Below, piece after piece: positions 6,220 through 13,765 of a DNA stretch of 24,000 nucleotides. The notes under the pieces are model-generated. The model did no database searches and was not told where the DNA came from. It saw only the letters and a list, made by a program, of their open reading frames with translations. Position 1 is the first letter of the stretch. Each line of letters begins with the position of its first letter. The stretch covers positions 9,494 to 33,493 of the forward strand of contig JANRLM010000010.1 in the NCBI GenBank assembly GCA_033762595.1, given 5' to 3'. Both the position numbers and the translations under genes were made by a program. The stretch comes from Rickettsiales bacterium (GTDB lineage Bacteria > Pseudomonadota > Alphaproteobacteria > Rickettsiales > UBA8987).

Positions 6220-6314
6220 GTCCCGTCGGGCACTGATTTATATCTTATTTATTAAATTTTTTGTTAGCAAAAGCTCTACTATAAAATTTGATTTTGGTAA
6301 TTTTTGGGTAATAA
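6220..6314 (+). repeat. Direct repeat copy B: degenerate tRNA-Glu 3' fragment plus downstream sequence (candidate attR-side)
   Basis: GTCCCGTCGGGCAC followed by TGATTTATATCTTATTTATTAAATTTTTTGTTAGCAAAAGCTCTACTATAAAATTTGATTTTGGTAATTTTTGGGTAATAA. It aligns with 2090-2198. It lacks the ACCA end and ~14 nt relative to copy A. Confidence 0.65.
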
Positions 6315-6422
6315 TATTTTTTTGAATTATAACTTCTTTAGCCATACTCAATCGCTTCAAATTTTCCGCTTGAGATATTAAAAAAACTCTGAAATAAAAG
6401 TTGAAAATTTTCTATTATTATA

Positions 6423-6929
6423 ATGAAAGATAAAAATATAGATTACGCAAAGCTCATAGATAAAGCCATGCATGATGTGGTTAAGTCTGTTTTAAGGCAA
6501 ATTACAAAAGATGGCTTGCCAGGGCAACATCATTTTTTCATCACCTTCAAAACTGATGCCCAAGGCGTTATGATGTCTGATGAATTACGCAAAAGATACC
6601 CAAAAGAGATGACTATTGTGCTTCAGCACCAATTTTATGATTTAGAAGTTGAAGATCAATATTTCTCAATAGTTTTGAGCTTTGATCATGTAAAACAAAA
6701 TATTACAATACCATTTTCTGCCCTTGTTTCTTTTGTTGATCCAAGTGTAAAATTCGGTTTGCAGTTCAATACGATAATGCTTGAAGATGCAGATTCTAAT
6801 GCGGAGCTTATCTCTGAGGGCAATAAAAAGCCTGCTTCAAAAAAGAATTCTTCCAAGCAAAGCAAAAAAATAGATGGTAATTCAGGCTCTAATGTTGTAA
6901 CCCTAGATTCATTTAGGAAAAAAGATTAA
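6423..6929 (+). CDS. sspB: ClpXP adaptor SspB (alphaproteobacterial type)
   Basis: 168 aa. HHFFITFKT..GV, YPKEMTIVLQHQFYDLEV, IPFSALVSFVDPSVKFGLQF, a disordered Lys/Ser-rich linker, and a C-terminal VVTLDSFRKK ClpX-binding-like tail. This matches my recollection of alpha-type SspB. Confidence 0.7.
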   Translation: MKDKNIDYAKLIDKAMHDVVKSVLRQITKDGLPGQHHFFITFKTDAQGVMMSDELRKRYPKEMTIVLQHQFYDLEVEDQYFSIVLSFDHVKQNITIPFSALVSFVDPSVKFGLQFNTIMLEDADSNAELISEGNKKPASKKNSSKQSKKIDGNSGSNVVTLDSFRKKD

Positions 6930-6939
6930 TGGAGGCAAA

Positions 6940-7203
6940 ATGGTTGATTCAATTAAAGATACTATAGATTCTCTGCCTAAAACTAAGGGCAAGGGAGAAT
7001 CTGTGGAGTTTATGAAAGATGAGCAATATATTGATTCTTGCCAAGAAATTATCAAAGAAGCCTTGCAGAAAGGCTATGATGTCATTCACATGGAAAACGG
7101 CGATATTATTACAACTGGCACAAAAGTTATTGTTACGCAATTCCGCTGGGATGCTGATAAACAAAAGATGGTAAAAGTTCTCAGCAAGCAAAAAGGTGAG
7201 TGA
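6940..7203 (+). CDS. Small conserved-looking hypothetical protein (87 aa)
   Basis: A strong SD (GGAGG) lies 5 nt upstream of the ATG and 10 nt after the sspB stop, and a clean terminator follows. No family is recognised. Confidence 0.6.
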   Translation: MVDSIKDTIDSLPKTKGKGESVEFMKDEQYIDSCQEIIKEALQKGYDVIHMENGDIITTGTKVIVTQFRWDADKQKMVKVLSKQKGE

Positions 7204-7231
7204 TTATTTAATAAATTATCCATAAATTTCT

Positions 7232-7259
7232 AAGCCCTTCTTTTGAAGGGCTTTTTTAT
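7232..7259 (+). terminator. Rho-independent terminator
   Basis: AAGCCCTTC-TTTT-GAAGGGCTT, a 9-bp stem, followed by TTTTATT. Confidence 0.75.
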
Positions 7260-7297
7260 TTCCGAAATTATAAAATATTTATTGCAAAATTGATTAA

Positions 7298-7346
7298 AAA
7301 ACCATATAATTCCATTTTATACCAAAAAATTCCAATTAATTCCATT
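7298..7346. promoter_or_regulatory. Five 10-bp-phased (A/T)CCA direct repeats upstream of mraZ; candidate MraZ operator array
   Basis: CCA occurs at 7302-04, 7312-14, 7322-24, 7332-34 and 7342-44, an exact 10-nt period. Three of the copies read AATTCCA. The array ends 11 nt before the mraZ GTG start. Confidence 0.4.
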
Positions 7347-7356
7347 TAAGGTTTTT

Positions 7357-7803
7357 GTGGGGATATTCATTTCAAATTACGAAAATAAGCTTGATGCGAA
7401 GGGTAGAATTTCTGTGCCGGCTCTATTTCGCGAGGCTTTGAAAAATGAGGATTTTAACGGAATTATTGCTTACCAATCTTTTATAAACCCATGCATTGAG
7501 GCGTGCGGAATGGAAAGAATTGAGAAGCTAGCAAACTCAATAGATAGCCTTGACCCTTACGCTGATGAGCGAGATGCCTTCGCAACCAGCATTCTAGGGG
7601 GAAGCAAACAAATTGCGATTGATAATGATGGCAGAATTATCTTGCCTGAAGAATTAATATCATTCGCAGGGCTTAAAGATAAGGCGATTTTTGTTGGTAA
7701 AGGTTTTACTTTTGAAATTTGGAATCCAGAAAAATTTGAAAAATATTTCAATAATTCTCGCGAAATTGCAAAAGTAAATCGTGGAAAGTTAAGGTTGGGT
7801 TAG
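7357..7803 (+). CDS. mraZ: Transcriptional regulator MraZ
   Basis: 148 aa with a GTG start. Two SpoVT/AbrB-like repeats are present (LDAKGRISVPALFREAL and IDNDGRIILPEELISFA). It is the first gene of the dcw block. Confidence 0.9.
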   Translation: MGIFISNYENKLDAKGRISVPALFREALKNEDFNGIIAYQSFINPCIEACGMERIEKLANSIDSLDPYADERDAFATSILGGSKQIAIDNDGRIILPEELISFAGLKDKAIFVGKGFTFEIWNPEKFEKYFNNSREIAKVNRGKLRLG

Positions 7804-7820
7804 GGTTTTCTGAAGATGTC

Positions 7821-7841
7821 ACCCCGCATTTATTGCGGGGT
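7821..7841. repeat. Palindromic element ACCCCGCA-TTTAT-TGCGGGGT (family copy between mraZ and rsmH)
   Basis: Perfect 8-bp stem with a 5-nt loop. The identical 21-mer occurs at 11016-11036, and related copies lie at 16203-16222 and 16292-16315. Confidence 0.8.
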
Positions 7842-7964
7842 AAAAATATTGCGTTAAAGAGAAAAAAACAAAAAATGAATTTGGAAAATTTACAGATATA
7901 TAGTTATAAGTTTGAAGATTTTTCTTATATTTTTGAACAAAATTATCGTAGAAAAATTACTTAT

Positions 7965-8921
7965 ATGCAAAGTGAAGAATCACATATTTCGGTATTACTA
8001 AAAGAAACTTTGGAGCAACTAAATCCGCAAGATGGAAAAACCTATCTTGATTGCACATTCGGGGCAGGGGGGCATTCAAGAGCCATTCTTGAGAGTGCGA
8101 ATTGCAGAGTTATTGCACTTGATAGAGATATTCACACCAAGCAATATGCAGAAGAATTGAAGCAAGAATTTGGTGATAGATTTATTTATTTGAACTCAAA
8201 ATTTTCTGATTTAGATGAAGCTTTGAGGTCAATAAATGTTAGTGAAGTTGATGGAATTTTGTTTGATATAGGCGTTTCTTCAATGCAAATTGATACGCCA
8301 AGGCGTGGTTTTTCCTTTCAGGAAGAAGGCCCACTTGATATGAGAATGAGCGATGATGGGCTTAGTGCCGAAGATTTTATCAATGAAGCAAAAGAGGAAG
8401 AAATTGCAGGTGTAATTTTTCGATATGGTGATGAAAGAAAATCTCGTCAAATTGCTTCGGCAATAATTCGTGAAAGAGCTAAAAAAAGAATTACAAAAAC
8501 TACGCAACTTGCGAATATAATTCTTTCAGTTTTAGGCAGGGGCAAAGATGGTATTCACCCTGCAACCCGCACTTTTCAAGCAATCCGTATTTATATTAAT
8601 GATGAACTTGATGAGTTAAAAATTGCCTTAAAAAAAGCAACGCAATTTATAAAAAATGAAGGAAGAATTTGCGTTATTACTTTTCACTCTGGTGAAGATA
8701 TAATCGTAAAAAATTTTTTCAGAGAAATTTCTGGCTATAATTCTGGCGTATCAAGATATTTGCCATCGCTTGAAACTCAAGCAAATCAACATTTTTCTGA
8801 GTTTGAGTTGGTAACAAGAAAGCCAATTTTACCAAGCGATTTTGAAATAAAAAATAATGTTAGAGCGAGATCAGCTAAATTAAGAGTTTTACAAAGAAAA
8901 AAAATGAGTTTAATAAATTAA
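7965..8921 (+). CDS. rsmH: 16S rRNA (cytosine1402-N4)-methyltransferase RsmH (MraW)
   Basis: HISVLLKETLEQL near the N-terminus, DCTFGAGGHSRAIL (SAM pocket), DIGVSSMQID, FHSGEDIIVK. I place the start at the ATG at 7965 (318 aa). The track start at 7833 would translate through the palindromic element and add 44 residues that do not look like RsmH. Confidence 0.88.
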   Translation: MQSEESHISVLLKETLEQLNPQDGKTYLDCTFGAGGHSRAILESANCRVIALDRDIHTKQYAEELKQEFGDRFIYLNSKFSDLDEALRSINVSEVDGILFDIGVSSMQIDTPRRGFSFQEEGPLDMRMSDDGLSAEDFINEAKEEEIAGVIFRYGDERKSRQIASAIIRERAKKRITKTTQLANIILSVLGRGKDGIHPATRTFQAIRIYINDELDELKIALKKATQFIKNEGRICVITFHSGEDIIVKNFFREISGYNSGVSRYLPSLETQANQHFSEFELVTRKPILPSDFEIKNNVRARSAKLRVLQRKKMSLIN

Positions 8922-8923
8922 GA

Positions 8924-9256
8924 ATGACAATGATAAACTCAAAAAAAATTATATATATTATTTCTTTCTTAGTGTTGGTTTTCCTAGTGTATTTCACTGA
9001 AAACCAAGTTGATTCTCTACGCAAAGAAATAAAAAAAACTAACTACAAAATGTCAAGTTATGAAGAAGAAATTCAGATTCTTGAAGCAGAATGGAGTTAT
9101 CAAAATAATCCAGAGAGGCTTAAAAACTTGGTTATGAGGCTCAGTTCAGAGGTTGTTATGCAATCACCAAAATATTTTCAATTCACTGATTTGAAAAATC
9201 TTCCTGAGACAAATATTTATTTTTCTACCAATACTAACTCACCTAGCTTGAGATAA
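8924..9256 (+). CDS. ftsL: Cell division protein FtsL (alpha-type)
   Basis: 110 aa. One N-terminal TM helix is followed by a coiled-coil with LEAEWSYQNNPERLKNL. It sits in the canonical position between rsmH and ftsI. Confidence 0.65.
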   Translation: MTMINSKKIIYIISFLVLVFLVYFTENQVDSLRKEIKKTNYKMSSYEEEIQILEAEWSYQNNPERLKNLVMRLSSEVVMQSPKYFQFTDLKNLPETNIYFSTNTNSPSLR

Positions 9257-9258
9257 AA

Positions 9259-10941
9259 TTGATGCGAAAGCCCGTTAAACTCAACCTTTCCCTAGATGGC
9301 TCAATTAGTAGCGTAATTGATAAAAGTAAAAATAGAATCATTTTATATTCTGTAATTGTTTTTCTAATTTATTTTGCAATCGCATTTAAGCTTATAAAGC
9401 TAACCTTCTTTTTGGAGCTGGAATATGAAGGTGCAAAATTTTATAACGAACAATTTGAAAAGGCTGAAAGGCTTCCTATCTATGATAGAAACGGCATCTT
9501 AATTGCAACAAATCTTAAGACAAATTCACTTTATGCAGATGCACGCAATTTGAAAAACCCAACAATGATTGCAAGGCAATTAAGAAAAATTTTTCCTGAA
9601 TTAAACGAGCAAGATTTGATAAAAAAACTTTCTTCTAAAAAAGCATTTGTGTGGATAAAAAGAAATCTTCACCCAATGGAAATGAAGGCAGTGAACGATC
9701 TTGGTATACCTTACCTAAATTTTGATGTTGAGGTAAAAAGAACTTATCCGCATCTAAATTTGTTCTCACATACGCTTGGAATGGTTGGGGTTGACGCACA
9801 AGGCTTAACAGGATTTGAAAAATATATTGATGGCATTGATGAGGCTGAGTTTGAAATTCATTCAGCAAATGGTAGGGTGGATACCTCTTTAGATGTCAGA
9901 ATACAAAGCCTTCTCCACACTGAGCTTCTAAATCAGATGAAAAAGCACGAGGCAAAATTTGCAAGCGGCCTTGTGATGGATGTTAATAGTGGGGAAATTT
10001 TAGCGCTAGTGAACTTGCCAGATTATGACCCAAACACCCCGCAATCTCTAACAATTTCAAACCAATTTAATAGCATAACGCTTGGAAATTATGAGATGGG
10101 TTCTACTTTTAAGCCAATTACATTCGCAATTGGTTTAGAAAAAAAATTAGTAAATCTTAAAACCGTGATTGATGCAAGCGAGCCAATTAAAATTGGTAGG
10201 TTCAAAATCTCAGATTACAAAGGTAAATTTAGGCCGCTCGCTCTGCCTGAAATTATGATGTACTCCTCAAATATAGGCACAGCTAAAATTGCGGAAATCA
10301 TAGGTGCAAGCACAATGCAGGAATATTATAAAAAGCTTGGTTTTTATGAAAAAGTGGGGATAGAAATTAAGGAAAAATCTATTCCAATGATGCCAAAAAA
10401 TTGGAATTTATCAACTACACTAACGGCTTCTTTTGGTCATGGGGTTTCAGTAACACCACTGCATGTTGCAATAGCAAATGCAACGCTTGTAAATGGTGGT
10501 ATGCTTGTTAAGCCAACAATTATTAAAAACCATAAAAGTAAAAACAACCCTAGAATTTTTAGTGAAGAAACTTCTGAAACAATGAGAAAATTATATAGGC
10601 TTGTTGTAACTGGTGGCTCTGGCAAAAGTGCGGAAGCTAAGGGATATTTTGTTGGCGGAAAAACTGGAACTTCTGAAAAAGTAGTTGATGGAAAATATGT
10701 TCCGGGCGTGGTTATTGCATCTTTTGTAGGAATGTTTCCAATGAATAAACCAAGATATTTAGTGCTTGCGATTTTTGATGAGCCAAAACCAACCCCTGAT
10801 ACTTACGGCTATGCAACTGGTGGCTGGGTTGCAGCCCCTGTTGTTTCAAGGGTGATTGAAGGAATGGCACCAATTCTAAAAATCAGCCCAATCAATTACG
10901 AAGATGAAACACTAATCAAAAGATTTGATTTGGGGTATTAG
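9259..10941 (+). CDS. ftsI: Peptidoglycan D,D-transpeptidase FtsI (PBP3)
   Basis: 560 aa. N-terminal TM anchor, then the transpeptidase motifs STFK (GSTFKPIT), SSN (YSSNIG) and KTG (GKTGTSE). The start is either TTG 9259 or ATG 9262. Confidence 0.88.
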   Translation: MMRKPVKLNLSLDGSISSVIDKSKNRIILYSVIVFLIYFAIAFKLIKLTFFLELEYEGAKFYNEQFEKAERLPIYDRNGILIATNLKTNSLYADARNLKNPTMIARQLRKIFPELNEQDLIKKLSSKKAFVWIKRNLHPMEMKAVNDLGIPYLNFDVEVKRTYPHLNLFSHTLGMVGVDAQGLTGFEKYIDGIDEAEFEIHSANGRVDTSLDVRIQSLLHTELLNQMKKHEAKFASGLVMDVNSGEILALVNLPDYDPNTPQSLTISNQFNSITLGNYEMGSTFKPITFAIGLEKKLVNLKTVIDASEPIKIGRFKISDYKGKFRPLALPEIMMYSSNIGTAKIAEIIGASTMQEYYKKLGFYEKVGIEIKEKSIPMMPKNWNLSTTLTASFGHGVSVTPLHVAIANATLVNGGMLVKPTIIKNHKSKNNPRIFSEETSETMRKLYRLVVTGGSGKSAEAKGYFVGGKTGTSEKVVDGKYVPGVVIASFVGMFPMNKPRYLVLAIFDEPKPTPDTYGYATGGWVAAPVVSRVIEGMAPILKISPINYEDETLIKRFDLGY

Positions 10942-10977
10942 AGATTAGAAGTCAGAGTTAAGTTATCGACATTGTTA

Positions 10978-11036
10978 GGCAAGTATATATTTAAGCTCCA
11001 TAACCTCCAATAGTCACCCCGCATTTATTGCGGGGT
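10978..11036 (+). repeat. ~59-bp repeat unit ending in the ACCCCGCATTTATTGCGGGGT hairpin
   Basis: GGCAAGTATATATTTAAGCTCCATAACCTCCAATAGTCACCCCGCATTTATTGCGGGGT. It aligns at ~80% by eye with the reverse complement of 16201-16260. A 5' fragment recurs at 15944-15967. Confidence 0.7.
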
Positions 11037-11087
11037 TAATTGTTGAAATTACTTATAAACCTTAGGTTATGAGCTTGTTTTATGGTT

Positions 11088-11134
11088 GACCCCGCAATAC
11101 TGAAGGCAGATGTTACTGCCTGAAGCTGGGGTGA
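11088..11134 (-). repeat. Extended-loop palindromic element (same family)
   Basis: GACCCCGCAATACTGAAGGCAGATGTTACTGCCTGAAGCTGGGGTGAT. Its reverse complement matches 15991-16040 almost base for base. Confidence 0.75.
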
Positions 11135-11207
11135 TACTAAAGAGAAAAAACTACAGAAATTAATTAAAATCTACCTTTACCTAACAATACCTAAAACTAA
11201 GATATAA

Positions 11208-13166
11208 CTAAATCCCCTCGCCAATTTTTGCACGGCTATATTCTTCATCAATAGGTTTAACGAGGTTTGCATCAATATATTCCATTAATTTTGCGACTGA
11301 TTCATCAACAGAATTTTTAGCGGTATCAATCACAACATCAGCATTTTCAGGAACATCAAATTTATCATTAATCCCAGTAAAATTCTTGATTTCTCCAGCA
11401 ATCGCCTTTTTATATAAACCTTTAGGATCTCTCTGTTTGCAGGTTTCTACATCAGCTTTGATGTAGATTGAATGATAGGAATCACCAGCTGCAACACGGG
11501 CTTTGTCTCTATCCTCTTTGTAAGGTGAAATAAACGCCGTGATAACTATAACGCCCGCTTGAGCAAAAAGTGCTGCAACTTCACCAACTCGGCGGATATT
11601 CTCGCTTCTGCCTTCCTTAGAGAAATCTAAATCCGCACTTAAACCGCCACGAATATTATCACCATCTAACACGAAAACCTGATAGCCTTTTTCAAAAAGT
11701 TTCTGCTGTAAAGCAAGTGCAATAGTTGTTTTACCTGAGCCTGAAAGTCCGCTAAACCAAAGCACGCCTCCCTTATGGCCATTCGCAATCGCCCTGCGAG
11801 TTGGATCAATGCGAGATTCAACTGGATAAAGATTATCTGATTTTGGTTGAGATTTAGTGCGTTGATCCGAAAATCCCTTCAAATCAATTATACCACCGCC
11901 TATTGTGCGATAATTCTCAACAATAACAAATCTGCCAGTTTTAGCGTTGTTTGCGAATTCATCAACGCAAGCAAGACCACGAATTCTAAATACTACTTCC
12001 GCAACGGAATTTTTCTGCACTTCATCTTTTTTGCCAGTGAAACTTAAATCTTCAGTATCAACAACTCTTTCTATTGCCTTAACTTCCGCCTGATATTCAG
12101 AGGTATTTATTTTGATTAAATATTTTTTGCCTTCCTTGATTGGCTCATCACCTAGCCAGAAAATTTTACCTCTAAAAATATTGGTTAAAATTGGTGCGTT
12201 TTCAAGATGGCTAACAACTTGCCCGCGTTCTGCGAAAATTTGTTCAGATAAAGTTATGCCGACTGATTGCCCTGCAAAAGCTTGAGTAACAGGCGTTTTA
12301 GCCGGTGGCCAAGTTTCAATAGAGTTTATTTTTACTTTGCGATTTGAAGGCGAGAAAACTATTTCATCGCCTACTTTTAGAGAGCCAGCCTCAATTCTAC
12401 CAGCGATAATGCGTCTTTCATCAAACTTATAAACATCTTGCACAGGCAAGCGAAGTGAGAGATTTTCAAGGCTAGGCTTAGGTGCAAAGCCATCTAACGC
12501 CTGCATAATTGAAGGGCCTTTATACCAAGCCATATTTGAGGATTTGCTTGTGATATTATCCCCCTCACGGCCAGAAATTGGAATTATAAAGGTTGGAGTA
12601 ACGCCAATTTCTGCCAAATATTCTGTGTATTGTTTTTCAATCTCACGGAATTTTTCTTCAGAATAATTAACTAAATCCATTTTATTTACTGCCACTGCAA
12701 TTTGAGAAACACCAAGCAGAGATAGCAAATAGCCATGACGGCGAGATTGCTCTTTCACGCCTTCTTTTGCATCAATTACTAGAATTGCAGCCTCAGAATT
12801 TGCCGCCCCAGACACCATATTTTTTAGGAATTCCTTATGCCCCGGCGCATCAATAATAACATAATTTCGCTTTTCAGTTTTGAACCATAATTGTGTTGTA
12901 TCAATGGTAATGCCTTGATCCCTCTCAGCTTGCAGGGCATCAAGCAAAAAGCTATATTCAAACGGCATTCCACGACGAACGCAAGAGGCTTTAATTTGCT
13001 CAACTTTCCCTTCTGGTAGGGAATCAGTGTCATAAAATAAACGCCCGATAAGCGTAGATTTTCCGTGATCAACATGTCCTACAATTACGATTTTTAATTG
13101 CTCCTTTGATTCCATGGTTGATGGTTGATGGTTAATAGTTGATGGTTTTATGTTTGTCTTAGTCAT
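11208..13166 (-). CDS. cysNC: Bifunctional CysN-like GTPase (sulfate adenylyltransferase subunit 1) / adenylylsulfate kinase CysC
   Basis: 652 aa. GTPase motifs [14 protein letters not shown] and NKMD, plus [16 protein letters not shown] (CysN-like). The C-terminal APS kinase has GLSGSGKTT and FVLDGDNIR. The start at 13166 is supported by SD AGGAA 6 nt upstream. Confidence 0.85.
   Translation of the reverse strand: MTKTNIKPSTINHQPSTMESKEQLKIVIVGHVDHGKSTLIGRLFYDTDSLPEGKVEQIKASCVRRGMPFEYSFLLDALQAERDQGITIDTTQLWFKTEKRNYVIIDAPGHKEFLKNMVSGAANSEAAILVIDAKEGVKEQSRRHGYLLSLLGVSQIAVAVNKMDLVNYSEEKFREIEKQYTEYLAEIGVTPTFIIPISGREGDNITSKSSNMAWYKGPSIMQALDGFAPKPSLENLSLRLPVQDVYKFDERRIIAGRIEAGSLKVGDEIVFSPSNRKVKINSIETWPPAKTPVTQAFAGQSVGITLSEQIFAERGQVVSHLENAPILTNIFRGKIFWLGDEPIKEGKKYLIKINTSEYQAEVKAIERVVDTEDLSFTGKKDEVQKNSVAEVVFRIRGLACVDEFANNAKTGRFVIVENYRTIGGGIIDLKGFSDQRTKSQPKSDNLYPVESRIDPTRRAIANGHKGGVLWFSGLSGSGKTTIALALQQKLFEKGYQVFVLDGDNIRGGLSADLDFSKEGRSENIRRVGEVAALFAQAGVIVITAFISPYKEDRDKARVAAGDSYHSIYIKADVETCKQRDPKGLYKKAIAGEIKNFTGINDKFDVPENADVVIDTAKNSVDESVAKLMEYIDANLVKPIDEEYSRAKIGEGI
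13115..13146 (-). repeat. 32-bp perfect inverted repeat, left arm (inside cysNC codons 7-17)
   Basis: On the minus strand it reads ACCATCAACTATTAACCATCAACCATCAACCA, identical to 14170-14201 on the plus strand. It has heptamer periodicity (ACCATCA ACTATTA ACCATCA ACCATCA ACCA). Confidence 0.9.
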
Positions 13167-13203
13167 ATTTATTTCCTAGTTTGTGAATTATCTTTTATTA
13201 AAT

Positions 13204-13602
13204 TCATCTTGAAATTTTTGAGGTTTCTAAAGCAAAATTGAATTGTTTTGTAAAGAATTCTCTAATCATTTTTTTATCTTCATCAGTTATATTGTAAATT
13301 TTTCCTGAATCACCAATTTTTATATGGCCTATATTGAGTTTAGAATCTACGACTTCTAGCATAGATTTTTCAGTTAAATCTTCCGATTCAGAACTATTGA
13401 AAGTTTTTGCTAAATTTAAGGCAATAACTTTACAATGAGTTCTATTAAAAAATGCACCTGCAACTCTGGAAATAACATTTTTATTAAATGAAATTCTTTG
13501 CTCAGCGGTTAGCGAGTCTTTAGAATTAGCAGATCTAGCATTAGTAATTGTTTGAAAACTAATTCTTATTCCTCCACTTTCTAACTGAGTATCTGAACCC
13601 AT
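13204..13602 (-). CDS. Hypothetical protein (132 aa), upstream of and co-oriented with cysNC
   Basis: Good SD (AGGAA 6 nt upstream of the ATG). No TM segment, signal peptide or recognisable motif. Its stop is 37 nt before the cysNC start. Confidence 0.55.
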   Translation of the reverse strand: MGSDTQLESGGIRISFQTITNARSANSKDSLTAEQRISFNKNVISRVAGAFFNRTHCKVIALNLAKTFNSSESEDLTEKSMLEVVDSKLNIGHIKIGDSGKIYNITDEDKKMIREFFTKQFNFALETSKISR

Positions 13603-13765
13603 ATAATTTCCTTAATGATATATAAAAAGCCATTTATAAGGGTTTTTTGCGAAAAATAAAGGGGGAAATTTAGGCTGGGTATTCCAAAAAAACTAATAAT
13701 CTTGTTTTTTTGTAAAAAATCTTGTTTAAGTTAAACTTAAAACTGAACTCTAACAAACTAAAATT

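Noticed and set aside
7833-7964. Long N-terminal extension of rsmH (track start 7833)
   Set aside because: It starts in the loop of a repeat hairpin, and its 44 extra residues are not RsmH-like. The conserved RsmH N-terminus begins at the ATG at 7965.
6949-10625. Minus-strand ORFs 6949..7191, 7557..7751, 8280..8507, 9635..9868 and 10437..10625
   Set aside because: Each is antisense to a well-supported gene (small ORF, mraZ, rsmH, ftsI). None has an RBS or any motif.
11847-13075. ORFs 11847..12047 (+) and 12824..13075 (-) inside cysNC
   Set aside because: These are antisense or alternative-frame ORFs nested in a gene with clear GTPase and APS-kinase motifs.
13113-13115. Alternative cysNC start at Met18, which would place the 32-bp repeat in the 5' UTR
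   Set aside because: No purine-rich SD precedes it. The ATG at 13166 has AGGAA at optimal spacing. This remains possible but is less likely.
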